DNA of 64,000 nt, taken from contig NW_005434649.1 in assembly GCF_000315625.1 (NCBI RefSeq), forward strand, positions 186,001 through 250,000, in the 5' to 3' direction. Origin of the DNA: Guillardia theta CCMP2712. Its lineage: Eukaryota; Protista; Cryptophyta. Both the position numbers and the translations under genes were made by a program. Below, in pieces: positions 13,000 to 21,346 of the stretch. Below the pieces are notes generated by a model that did no database searches, was not told the origin of the DNA, and worked only from the letters and a program-made list of their open reading frames with translations. Numbering within the stretch: the first letter of the stretch is position 1; each line of letters starts with the position of its first letter.

Positions 13000-13578
13000 A
13001 TGCGCACGTACGTGGAGGAGCAGGTGCGATGCCCGAGGAAGCAATGGATTTACGAGATCCTTGAGGGGACGCGAGAGAAGGAGGCGGTGCTAGTTGAGAC
13101 TGCTGACATGATCTTCCTCCCTGACACCGAGGCTCGCAACGACAAGGATACAGTCAACTGGTTGGCAATCATCAAGGATCGCTCCCTCCGATCCCTCAGG
13201 GACTTGCGCGGCGAGCATGCGGATATGCTGCAGCGGGCTCAGACAACCTGCGTCGACTACATCTTGAACACGAGAAACTTTGACAAGCACGACGTGATGG
13301 CGTACATCCACTACCTGCCGAGCGTCTTCCAGCTCCACATTCACTTCTGCGCGCCTTATGGCTCCTATACCGCAAGGGACGCGATCTACAAGCTCCATCC
13401 CCTCGACAACGTGATCTCAAACTTGCGCATCGACTCGGACTACTACCGCAAAGCTCACATCAGCACTGTAGTCACTGAGAGGGCGCTGATCGACATCTAC
13501 AGCAAGGAAGAGATTCATGAAGCAGAGCCGGTGAGCCCGCAGAGTATGAAGCAGATCTCTAGCTCCTTGGACAACTAG
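13000..13578 (+). CDS. DcpS-like m7GpppX diphosphatase (scavenger decapping, HIT family), intronless, short N-terminus; start uncertain (ORF open from 12703)
   Basis: QWIYEILEG..E, FLPD, WLAI..DRSLRSLRDLRGEH, YIHYLPSVFQLHIHF (DcpS HIT motif region) and HPLDNVISNL..DSDYY. Confidence 0.85.
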   Translation: MRTYVEEQVRCPRKQWIYEILEGTREKEAVLVETADMIFLPDTEARNDKDTVNWLAIIKDRSLRSLRDLRGEHADMLQRAQTTCVDYILNTRNFDKHDVMAYIHYLPSVFQLHIHFCAPYGSYTARDAIYKLHPLDNVISNLRIDSDYYRKAHISTVVTERALIDIYSKEEIHEAEPVSPQSMKQISSSLDN

Positions 13579-13926
13579 CCTGAGCATCAGTCGTCTGATA
13601 GCATGAAGTAATTCTACCTCCGAACAGCAAAGAAAGCTTCTTATCCGAGTACACTAACATCAAAGTCCAGCAGCTCTCCGGTGAAACATTGTCGGCTCAC
13701 AACGTTCACAAACCTCGATCGTCAAAGACTCTCTGCAGCTTCTTCTCCTGTTGCTTCCAAAGCACTATTGAAATCCTCACAGGCAAGTGTACTGAGACTT
13801 GTCAGGCGATGTCCGGTAGCAGTCGTTATGTAGCATACGCTCTTCCTACTGAAAAAAGTCACACTCTCATCCGGTTCTTGTCTGCCTTGCGTCTCAACCA
13901 CGCAAAGCTCTGTTATTCCTGCCCTC

Positions 13927-14154
13927 TGATAGGATATGTTTGCTGACTTCCTGTCTTTCTTAAGTAGGTGTCCTAGGCAGTCTCGTTTCTTAGGAAATTA
14001 GATTACTTACTTTTCTTTATCTCTAACGTTGATTTGGAGTAAATTGCCGTTGAATCGTGCATTGCTGTCACACGCTTGTTCTTTGGTTTCTTGACGGGAT
14101 CACTTCGTGTGTCAACACTGGATCGAGAGATACTTTTAGGAAGTTTTCCTAACA
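13927..14154 (+). repeat. LTR copy, inverted relative to the element's coding strand
   Basis: TGATAGGA...TCCTAACA. By eye it is the exact reverse complement of 19016-19243, and identity extends 5 bp further (TTTTG). Confidence 0.95.
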
Positions 14155-17100
14155 TTTTGCCCATGGACTCATGCAACTTCAAATCGCGTGTCGACAACAT
14201 AACGAAGTCGCCAACATTGAATTGCAGATCCTTCCGAGATTTTTTCATAGTCTTCTCCTTCTGAATCGCTGACAACGTTAACGCATCGCGAGCCAAGTCG
14301 ACGGCTGCCATGATCTTGTCACGAACTTCCTCCACGTCCTCAGCACGATCGTCAGGAGTCAGGTCCAAAACTGTACGAACGTCTCTGCCATAGATGATCT
14401 CGAACGGCGTAAGATTCGTCGCATCTCTAACGGTCGTATTCCAAATTGTCTCCAGATGTACGAGATAATCATCCCAAGACTTGCTATCGTGCCGCATGCA
14501 GTAGATCCGCAAGGCTTCAACTATGACACTGTTGAACTTCTCAACTCGTCCCTGCGACTGCGGATGATAAACGCTGCTATGGCGTATGTCGATTCCCATG
14601 AGAGTGAACAACTCAGTCCAAAATTCTGAAGAAAATAAACTCCCGTTGTCCGAGACCAACGTTTTGCAAATCCCTTGAGCACGATAAACCGTCTCGAAAT
14701 ACGCACGAGCTGCTCCTTTCGATGTGATCGTCTTCTTACACGGATACAAGAACACCCTGTTGGAAAACTGATCGAGAAACACCAAGACGCTGTCGTTTCC
14801 CCGCTTTGAGGTGGGCAGCGCTGTAAGCAAATCCACTGAAACCTTCTCGAAACGCTCACGCGGAACCAAATGACTGTGCGGTTCGCCAGCCGCTCGTTGC
14901 TTGTAACTCTTGCCTTGCAAACACTCCGCACACGAGTTGACATAGTTCGCGACGTCCTTACTCATGTTCGGCCAGAAGGCAATTTGCGACGCCTTCAAGA
15001 AAGTCTTCGTCTTCCCTACATGGCAAGAATCGTCATGAATCAGGCGCAAGAACTTCGCTCGAGAATGATAAGGAATACACACACGTTCCCGACCAAGCGA
15101 GTCCTTCCAAAACAAGACTCCGTCTCGCAGAAAATAAGTTCGACGCTGCATTGGAACTAGGTTTCCCTGTTGAATGTCCTGGAGAACCTGCGCGAAATAT
15201 CTGTCCTGCTGATAATTTTTGACGACATCAGCTGTAAATGCGTTGTCTGTTGCTAGAGCGTAGCAGTGCGTAACAACCTCTGCATCACTGTCAGTCACCT
15301 CCATCACCTCCCCCTCCCCAGAGGACGAGATGGTACAAAGCAAGGTAGGATCCAAGTTGACCAAATCAGCACGCTGTCGAATCTCATCGTCTAACGCACT
15401 CTGTGACGGCACAACCGTAGAATCGTTCGGACGAGATAGGTAGTCAGCGATGACATTCTCTTCTCCAGGAATGTAGGAGATTTCATCCAAATCGAAATCA
15501 GCAAGAATTTGACTCCATCGAAACAATCGACCCGTGAGGTTGCTCTGCGTGAGAAGATACTTGAGACTCTTGTGATCTGTACGAACCAACACCCTGCGTC
15601 CGTACAAGTAAAACTTGAAATGCACCAATGCTGAAATCAATCCCAGAAGCTCTTTCTCGCGCACTGAATAATTTACCTCGGCACTGTTGAGACGCTTGCT
15701 GAAGAAGGCGACAGGCAATAGATCCTCGCCATGCTGTTGTGTCAAGACAGCACCAATGGCGTAGTCGCTCGCATCGACCAACACGCAAGTAGCTAACGCT
15801 GGGTTGAAGTACCTTAAAACAGGGGCTGATATCAAACGCTTCTTCAGCTCCTGAAAGGCCGCCTCTTGCGCGTCATCCCAACAAAACTTCACATTCTTAC
15901 GTAGAAGATTCGTTAGCGGAAGTGCTAACGCTGCGTAATCCGGCACATACTTCCTGTAAAAGTTCAACACTCCCAAAAACGACTTGAGTTCTTTCGCTGT
16001 TTGCGGTGCCGAACGATCCACAATCGCTTGTACCTTTTTCTCTTGCGTCGAGACGCCTGCCTCGCTGATGTGGAAACCGAGGAAATCAATTTCAGAGTGA
16101 AACAGCTTACATTTCGACTTCTTGACAAACAACTGCTCTTTACGAAATCGATCCAGAGCCTGTCGAAGCAAACGCTCATGTCTCTCCAAGCTCCCATAAC
16201 TGATCAAGCAAACATCGTCGATATAGCTCAGGCAATTCTCGAGACCTTGAAGAACACTCTCGAGAAATTTCTGAAATTGATTTGCCGAATCTACCAAGCC
16301 GAAAGGAATCCTCCGATACTGATATTTCCCAAACTTCGTGATGAAACAGGTGTACTTCCTCGACGCGGCGTCCAACTCAAGTTGCCAAAAACTTTTCGCC
16401 AGGTCGAGTGAGCTGATCCACAACCGTGCCCCAGGTTCTGAAGCATAACGCGCTCTCTCTTCCATGATCTTTCGACCCACTCGTTCTATCAGCTCCATCA
16501 CCAACGGCAATGGAAAGTTATCATTCCGGATCAAGCTGTTAACGAACCTCATATCAGTGCAAAAACGCAATGTACCATCAGACTTTTTTGTGAAGATTAC
16601 GGGAGACGTAAACTCAGACGTCGAAGGTTCAATGATCCCACGCTCCAACAAGAAGGCAAGATTCGCTTTCAACTCCTCCTCCAACGCGAGTGGCACAGGG
16701 TAAGGTTTCTTTTGCACCGCCTCAACGTTATCCTTGAGTCGAATCGTCGCCTTGAAGGACCGGTCAAGAACAACGTCACTGGGAATGTCGTCACGAATGA
16801 CATCCGAATAATCTTCCATGATCGTCTCGGCAGCCTTCTGCTCGAGACTCGTGGCACCATCTGTCGGCTGAGCCATCTCCAACAGGTTGCACAAATGTAC
16901 CACGTACCATTCCGAATCGTTCTGCTTGAGGTCTCTCACTGCCTCAGTGTAAGAAAGTACCTGACACAGCGAGGCGTCCGCAGCCCCGAATTGCTTGTTT
17001 GTTGGGCAAACAAGTAACGGAAGCTCGACCATCTTCTTGCGCCACTTGGCAAAGACTCTGGGGTGACCCGCATCAATCACGATCTTGTTCGCACGCATCC

Positions 17101-17539
17101 ATTCCCATGACAGGATCATGTCCGCATGCGGCAAGTCAAGCATGTAGAACGACCCACTACTCTTGAAACTGGAGCCTACGCCCAATTTTGTCTGGAAAAC
17201 CATATCAGACAACCTACTCGTCCCGTCGGCCATGATAACTCGTTTGCGAACTTCTGCATCCGTGACCGACAGACCAAATTTGCGCACTGCCTTCGTGCTG
17301 ATAAACGACTCTTCAGCAGCTGTATCGAGCAATGCATTAAGAACTATGGATTGGTTCCCGAACCGAAAGGTCACCGGTACCATAGGTAGAGATTTGATCC
17401 TGTGAGAGTCAACGGTGATACGACATTGACGAACATCCCTAGGATCTTCTGGCGGAGGTGTGCCCGGGTCGAAGACAACATTCGAAGTCTGCAAACCCGT
17501 GCCCCCGTCGATTGCGCCCTCCGCGGCAACCGACGTCAC
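14003..17539 (-). CDS. pol: Pol polyprotein (aspartic protease, reverse transcriptase, RNase H, DDE integrase); C-terminus reads into the inverted LTR
   Basis: LLDTAAEESFIS (PR); LRFCTDMR, LDLAKSFWQ, PFGL, YIDD (RT); DASDYAIGAVL (RH); H..H..CAEC zinc finger, SVDLL, SDNG, GRVEKFN (IN). No internal stops. Confidence 0.96.
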   Translation of the reverse strand: MTSVAAEGAIDGGTGLQTSNVVFDPGTPPPEDPRDVRQCRITVDSHRIKSLPMVPVTFRFGNQSIVLNALLDTAAEESFISTKAVRKFGLSVTDAEVRKRVIMADGTSRLSDMVFQTKLGVGSSFKSSGSFYMLDLPHADMILSWEWMRANKIVIDAGHPRVFAKWRKKMVELPLLVCPTNKQFGAADASLCQVLSYTEAVRDLKQNDSEWYVVHLCNLLEMAQPTDGATSLEQKAAETIMEDYSDVIRDDIPSDVVLDRSFKATIRLKDNVEAVQKKPYPVPLALEEELKANLAFLLERGIIEPSTSEFTSPVIFTKKSDGTLRFCTDMRFVNSLIRNDNFPLPLVMELIERVGRKIMEERARYASEPGARLWISSLDLAKSFWQLELDAASRKYTCFITKFGKYQYRRIPFGLVDSANQFQKFLESVLQGLENCLSYIDDVCLISYGSLERHERLLRQALDRFRKEQLFVKKSKCKLFHSEIDFLGFHISEAGVSTQEKKVQAIVDRSAPQTAKELKSFLGVLNFYRKYVPDYAALALPLTNLLRKNVKFCWDDAQEAAFQELKKRLISAPVLRYFNPALATCVLVDASDYAIGAVLTQQHGEDLLPVAFFSKRLNSAEVNYSVREKELLGLISALVHFKFYLYGRRVLVRTDHKSLKYLLTQSNLTGRLFRWSQILADFDLDEISYIPGEENVIADYLSRPNDSTVVPSQSALDDEIRQRADLVNLDPTLLCTISSSGEGEVMEVTDSDAEVVTHCYALATDNAFTADVVKNYQQDRYFAQVLQDIQQGNLVPMQRRTYFLRDGVLFWKDSLGRERVCIPYHSRAKFLRLIHDDSCHVGKTKTFLKASQIAFWPNMSKDVANYVNSCAECLQGKSYKQRAAGEPHSHLVPRERFEKVSVDLLTALPTSKRGNDSVLVFLDQFSNRVFLYPCKKTITSKGAARAYFETVYRAQGICKTLVSDNGSLFSSEFWTELFTLMGIDIRHSSVYHPQSQGRVEKFNSVIVEALRIYCMRHDSKSWDDYLVHLETIWNTTVRDATNLTPFEIIYGRDVRTVLDLTPDDRAEDVEEVRDKIMAAVDLARDALTLSAIQKEKTMKKSRKDLQFNVGDFVMLSTRDLKLHESMGKMLGKLPKSISRSSVDTRSDPVKKPKNKRVTAMHDSTAIYSKSTLEIKKSK

Positions 17540-17548
17540 TGGTTTAAA
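17452..17548 (-). promoter_or_regulatory. Predicted -1 programmed ribosomal frameshift signal between gag and pol
   Basis: U UUA AAC in the gag frame (17542-17548), a 6-nt spacer, then a 10-bp stem CGUCGGUUGC/GCAAUCGACG (17506-17535). pol is in the -1 frame with a GTGA overlap. Confidence 0.8.
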
Positions 17549-18948
17549 GCTGACGGTTGTTCAGACCTCGACAAGAGAGGGCACTTGTCTCTGAAGTGAC
17601 CGAACTTCTGACAGTTGTAGCACTTCACCTTCTTCTTGTCGAACTTCTTCTCCTTGCCCTGCATGTCCTCGCTCTGAGTAGGAGCCGACCGCTTGCCCTC
17701 ATGACGAGATTGTGCTTGGGTGAAATGAAGGCTCGTCTGACCGTCTTGTGGGTGTCTCTGACGCAGATTAAGAGCTTCGCGATACAACTGCGGCAAATAC
17801 TTGCCCATCTCCGACGGCTCCGCATGATAAGTAATCCCAAACGTCTTACCATCGCGTTCCATCAGCATGCTCAATTCCTTCCGTAGCATAGCACGTGCAT
17901 AGTCCATTTGTATTCCATCGACAAAGACGCGTTCCCAGCTACCTAGCGCAACACTAGGTCTCTTGGACACAAGGTAGCACGCCTGCAGGTGTGTAACCAT
18001 CGCCTGGAATCTTGCGGTGTACGCCTCAACGGACTCCTTGGGCCCTTGCCTAGCCTGCTTCTGCACATGACGCTCAAGTTTCTCAATAAACTCGAATGGT
18101 AACCATTTCAACAACAGTTTCTCCACAAACTGTTCCCAATCACCATGCTCAGCAGAGAACTGATCTTGCTCAACCATCGGGAGTGTGGCCCACCATAGCT
18201 GCACCTCCGGTCCGAACGCAGAGATGGCCGCTCCTACCCATCGATGGCGTGCTATACGGTGAAATTTACACCTGCCTTCGATATATCCGAGCCATGAGAC
18301 CACCGACCTCTCCATGGTCTGCTCACCATTGTACTGCAACAATGACTTCGGATCCAGCTTGCAAATCTGGCCACCGTCATTCTCCGCATGCTTAAGCTTG
18401 GGAGGCTTGTCCTCGGGTTCCCGAACCCGCTCACAAAGCAGTACACGCATCTCCGCTGCCTCCTTGGCAAGCCTACGGTTCTCTCGCTGGGATTCCTCAA
18501 GTGCCCTCACAAGATCCTGGAGTTTGCGATCAGCTTCTCTCTGGGATTCTGCGAGTGCATTTACGAGATTGTGCATCTTATCCATGTTGTTCTGTTCCAC
18601 AGACCTGAGCTCTCTACATGTCCGGCGTAGGTGCTCGTTTTCCTCCACGATGTCACGAAAACTGGCTTTCAAGGGAAGGGCGGGACCATCGTTTTCATCC
18701 CTGCTCTCCAACCATGAAGGCACTGTACGACCACTGTCAACACTGTCGGCACGTACGACAGCCTCCTGCTGAATGACAGTTTCCGACGGATCGTACGCAT
18801 GTGACTGCGGCGACATGCCTGTCACCGTAGGAAAGCGCGGCTCTGCTGACCCATTCAATGTCTCCTTCACAAAGCTGCCCAACCGCGACATGCTTCGACT
18901 CATGAAGTCCGAGACAACGCTACCTGACTGAATGCTCGTCCTATCCAT
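17536..18948 (-). CDS. gag: Gag protein with coiled coil, capsid-like region and CCHC zinc knuckle
   Basis: RQGPKESVEAYTARF (major-homology-like) and CYNCQKFGHFRDKC (CX2CX4HX4C). Lies directly upstream of pol. Confidence 0.93.
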   Translation of the reverse strand: MDRTSIQSGSVVSDFMSRSMSRLGSFVKETLNGSAEPRFPTVTGMSPQSHAYDPSETVIQQEAVVRADSVDSGRTVPSWLESRDENDGPALPLKASFRDIVEENEHLRRTCRELRSVEQNNMDKMHNLVNALAESQREADRKLQDLVRALEESQRENRRLAKEAAEMRVLLCERVREPEDKPPKLKHAENDGGQICKLDPKSLLQYNGEQTMERSVVSWLGYIEGRCKFHRIARHRWVGAAISAFGPEVQLWWATLPMVEQDQFSAEHGDWEQFVEKLLLKWLPFEFIEKLERHVQKQARQGPKESVEAYTARFQAMVTHLQACYLVSKRPSVALGSWERVFVDGIQMDYARAMLRKELSMLMERDGKTFGITYHAEPSEMGKYLPQLYREALNLRQRHPQDGQTSLHFTQAQSRHEGKRSAPTQSEDMQGKEKKFDKKKVKCYNCQKFGHFRDKCPLLSRSEQPSALNQ

Positions 18949-18994
18949 GTTTTCTTGAACAACTTCTTTCAACACAACAACTCCGAGAGGAAAA

Positions 18995-19012
18995 CCAGGC
19001 CTTCGCGTACCA
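18995..19012 (-). promoter_or_regulatory. Primer binding site TGGTACGCGAAGGCCTGG
   Basis: Begins with TGG 3 nt after the LTR's terminal CA. Resembles the complement of an initiator-Met tRNA 3' end (TGGTA...CCWGGTTT); the cognate tRNA is not confirmed. Confidence 0.75.
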
Positions 19013-19015
19013 AAA

Positions 19016-19243
19016 TGTTAGGAAAACTTCCTAAAAGTATCTCTCGATCCAGTGTTGACACACGAAGTGATCCCGTCAAGAAACCAAAGAACAAGCGTGT
19101 GACAGCAATGCACGATTCAACGGCAATTTACTCCAAATCAACGTTAGAGATAAAGAAAAGTAAGTAATCTAATTTCCTAAGAAACGAGACTGCCTAGGAC
19201 ACCTACTTAAGAAAGACAGGAAGTCAGCAAACATATCCTATCA
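19016..19243 (-). repeat. 5' LTR (228 bp)
   Basis: TG..CA termini on the minus strand, followed by the PBS and gag. Confidence 0.95.
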
Positions 19244-19769
19244 CCCTCTTAAACTCATCATCATCCGCTTACAAGCAGGCTTCCTCATCTTCCAGAAGTG
19301 GCAGTGCCCTATGACGAAGTCTGCTCCTTCACCCGCTGCACATTCCTGCTCCGCAGGCTGGGTCCTGCTCCGCAGGACCGAAGACTGTCCAGAAAACCTG
19401 TCCACTAGCAGCACGGCGGATAACTCGCGCAGTTCTTTTCCCTAGAGCAGGGGCAGGCGGATCAAACCCGATGGTGAGACGACGACCTTGCCTTTAGTCG
19501 GAAAGACTTACGAGGTGATGTAGGGCTGTGTGTACCAACTACTGTCCCAGCGAGGCAGGGCCATGGCTGACGAAATGTGGCTGCTGGAGAAGCTCAACTC
19601 GATTTCTATTCAAACGTCGCAGAGAAATGAAAACAGAAGACAAGCTAATGCTAAAGAGAAACAAGTCCCTCTCTCTGCTCCTTCTCTCAACTCATCGATT
19701 CCGATTTGCAGTTCCTGCTTTCCATCCAAGATAGTGGCTCACGTTCAACCACCATTTTCATTCCCGGTT

Positions 19770-20609
19770 TCAAACGCCTTGTTGCAGTTGAGAAGTGATG
19801 AAAAAATCCATGGACTCCATAGAGGGCTGCTGAAAGCTATACGTCGCGCTTCCCTCTTCCCGCTTTGCCCCCGATCCCTCTGCAACTTCCTCCAATGCCA
19901 GCTCTTCCCACCATCCTCCTTCGATGCTCTCCTCCGACGCTGCCTCGTCTGCCAGGCCCGTCCATGGCTGTAGCTTCCCCACCTCTGGGTTCACCAGCAG
20001 ATCCTCCCAGCTGTAGCCATTTGTATTCTTGTCCTCGTCTTCGATTCCCTCTTGCCTTCCCTCATCCTCCTTCCCGCTCCTTCGCCGCTTCACCCGCCAG
20101 TCCACGCACATATGAAGGCTCCTCACGCATCGACTGCATGGCCTTACGGAGTCGCACTTGAGCCGCGACCTCCGGCATCGCTCGCATGCCTGCACGACTT
20201 GCTCTCGCCTCCGCTGCAGGACTGGAGGCAGCGCTCCATGCCCTAGCCCTCCTTCGCTGTAGCAAACCTCACCCATCCGGTAGCACCGAGCGCAGGGCCG
20301 AGCGTCGCCGCAGCGCACCTTCTTGATCTGGCAGCTCAGACAAGCCTTGGTCGCCCTATGGCTTGACTGCAGCACATGGCCTTGAGACCTCTGGTCGTTA
20401 CCCTCTGACAGGCGGGAGCATGACGAGGCCTTGGCAGAGCGGATGCAGCGGGAGCATGGGCTTTGCTCGTCACAGCGGGTCTTGCGCAGCCGGCACTGGA
20501 CACAGGCGGTGAAGGATCTTTTGGAAGGAGGGGAGGGAGTAGGAGAGTAGGAGAGGGAAGAGGGAAGGAGAGAAACGGGGAGCATGGGGTAGGAGAGGCT
20601 GGCGAGCAT
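19770..20609 (-). CDS. Intronless triple Zn(II)2Cys6 protein, paralog of 3126-3710, with an acidic C-terminal tail
   Basis: CVQCRLRKTRCDEQSPCSRC, CLSCQIKKVRCGDARPCARC and CERCRRSRLKCDSVRPCSRC. Shares the linker QR(R/K)REQV(V/L)QAC. The acidic/Trp tail is activation-domain-like. Confidence 0.9.
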   Translation of the reverse strand: MLASLSYPMLPVSLLPSSLSYSPTPSPPSKRSFTACVQCRLRKTRCDEQSPCSRCIRSAKASSCSRLSEGNDQRSQGHVLQSSHRATKACLSCQIKKVRCGDARPCARCYRMGEVCYSEGGLGHGALPPVLQRRREQVVQACERCRRSRLKCDSVRPCSRCVRSLHMCVDWRVKRRRSGKEDEGRQEGIEDEDKNTNGYSWEDLLVNPEVGKLQPWTGLADEAASEESIEGGWWEELALEEVAEGSGAKREEGSATYSFQQPSMESMDFFITSQLQQGV

Positions 20610-21346
20610 TGCTCGTGTGGCAACCTTGCAAGTGCTTGTAAAGGAACCTGACGAGGGTCACGGCATATTGAAAGGCAAGAGACCATAGGGGGTGGGGTAC
20701 TGAAGCATACACAGAGGGGGGTGCTGTTATGATGGGGTGGCACATATGCGTTGAAGTCAACCGGGAAGTAAGCTTCTCCGAATTGAAAGGCAGACCAACT
20801 CGCGACCCTTCGGAGCCTCGGAGATGCTTGTGACTCGATTCTCTATGACCCGTCCGCACGCTGCACGTACTAAAACCAAGTTTACTACTCGGAAAGGGAA
20901 CGAGTCATGGCACTGATTGAAAGGCAGCCTGATGCTGTCACGGGGGTCCTGGGGTCGATGAAAGGGGGTAGGTTTACAACTACAGAACTTGCGGCACTCA
21001 GGGCCCTCAGACTGATAATACGTGATATGTGAACTAAAATAGTTTTACAGCAGCAATAAGAATAGTAAATATTAACACCTTCTTGTTGTTTACTCAAAGT
21101 TAAGTTAGGCCATGCGGCGAGAAGAGAAAAGACAGCGAGAACAACCCTCATCCTACCGACTGCTGTCCCTCAAACTTAACTGATACCTTTACTTAACTGC
21201 GCGCACCGGGACCATTCCCGCGCCACGACGACATTTTAAAAAAAACTTTTACAGCAGAAAAAAAGGAAACTCATGACCAAGTTCCATGTTGGTCATTCAG
21301 ACTTCAACAAGGGACGGGACTTTCCCTTTTCCACACCCGAGAGGTA

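Larger units (their letters stand above)
13927..19243 (-). mobile_element. Ty3/Gypsy (Metaviridae) retrotransposon with inverted LTRs and 5-bp TSD CCCTC
   Basis: gag plus pol in PR-RT-RH-IN order. 228-bp TG..CA repeats at 13927-14154 (+) and 19016-19243 (-). CCCTC at 13922-13926 and 19244-19248. PBS adjacent to the right LTR. Confidence 0.95.

Noticed and set aside
18955-19167. Small gene duplicating the pol C-terminus
   Set aside because: It is only the antisense reading of the LTR and reflects the inverted repeat.
13927-19243. DIRS-type element or DNA transposon (inverted termini)
   Set aside because: It has protease, DDE integrase, PBS, TG..CA LTR ends and a 5-bp TSD; no tyrosine recombinase or transposase.
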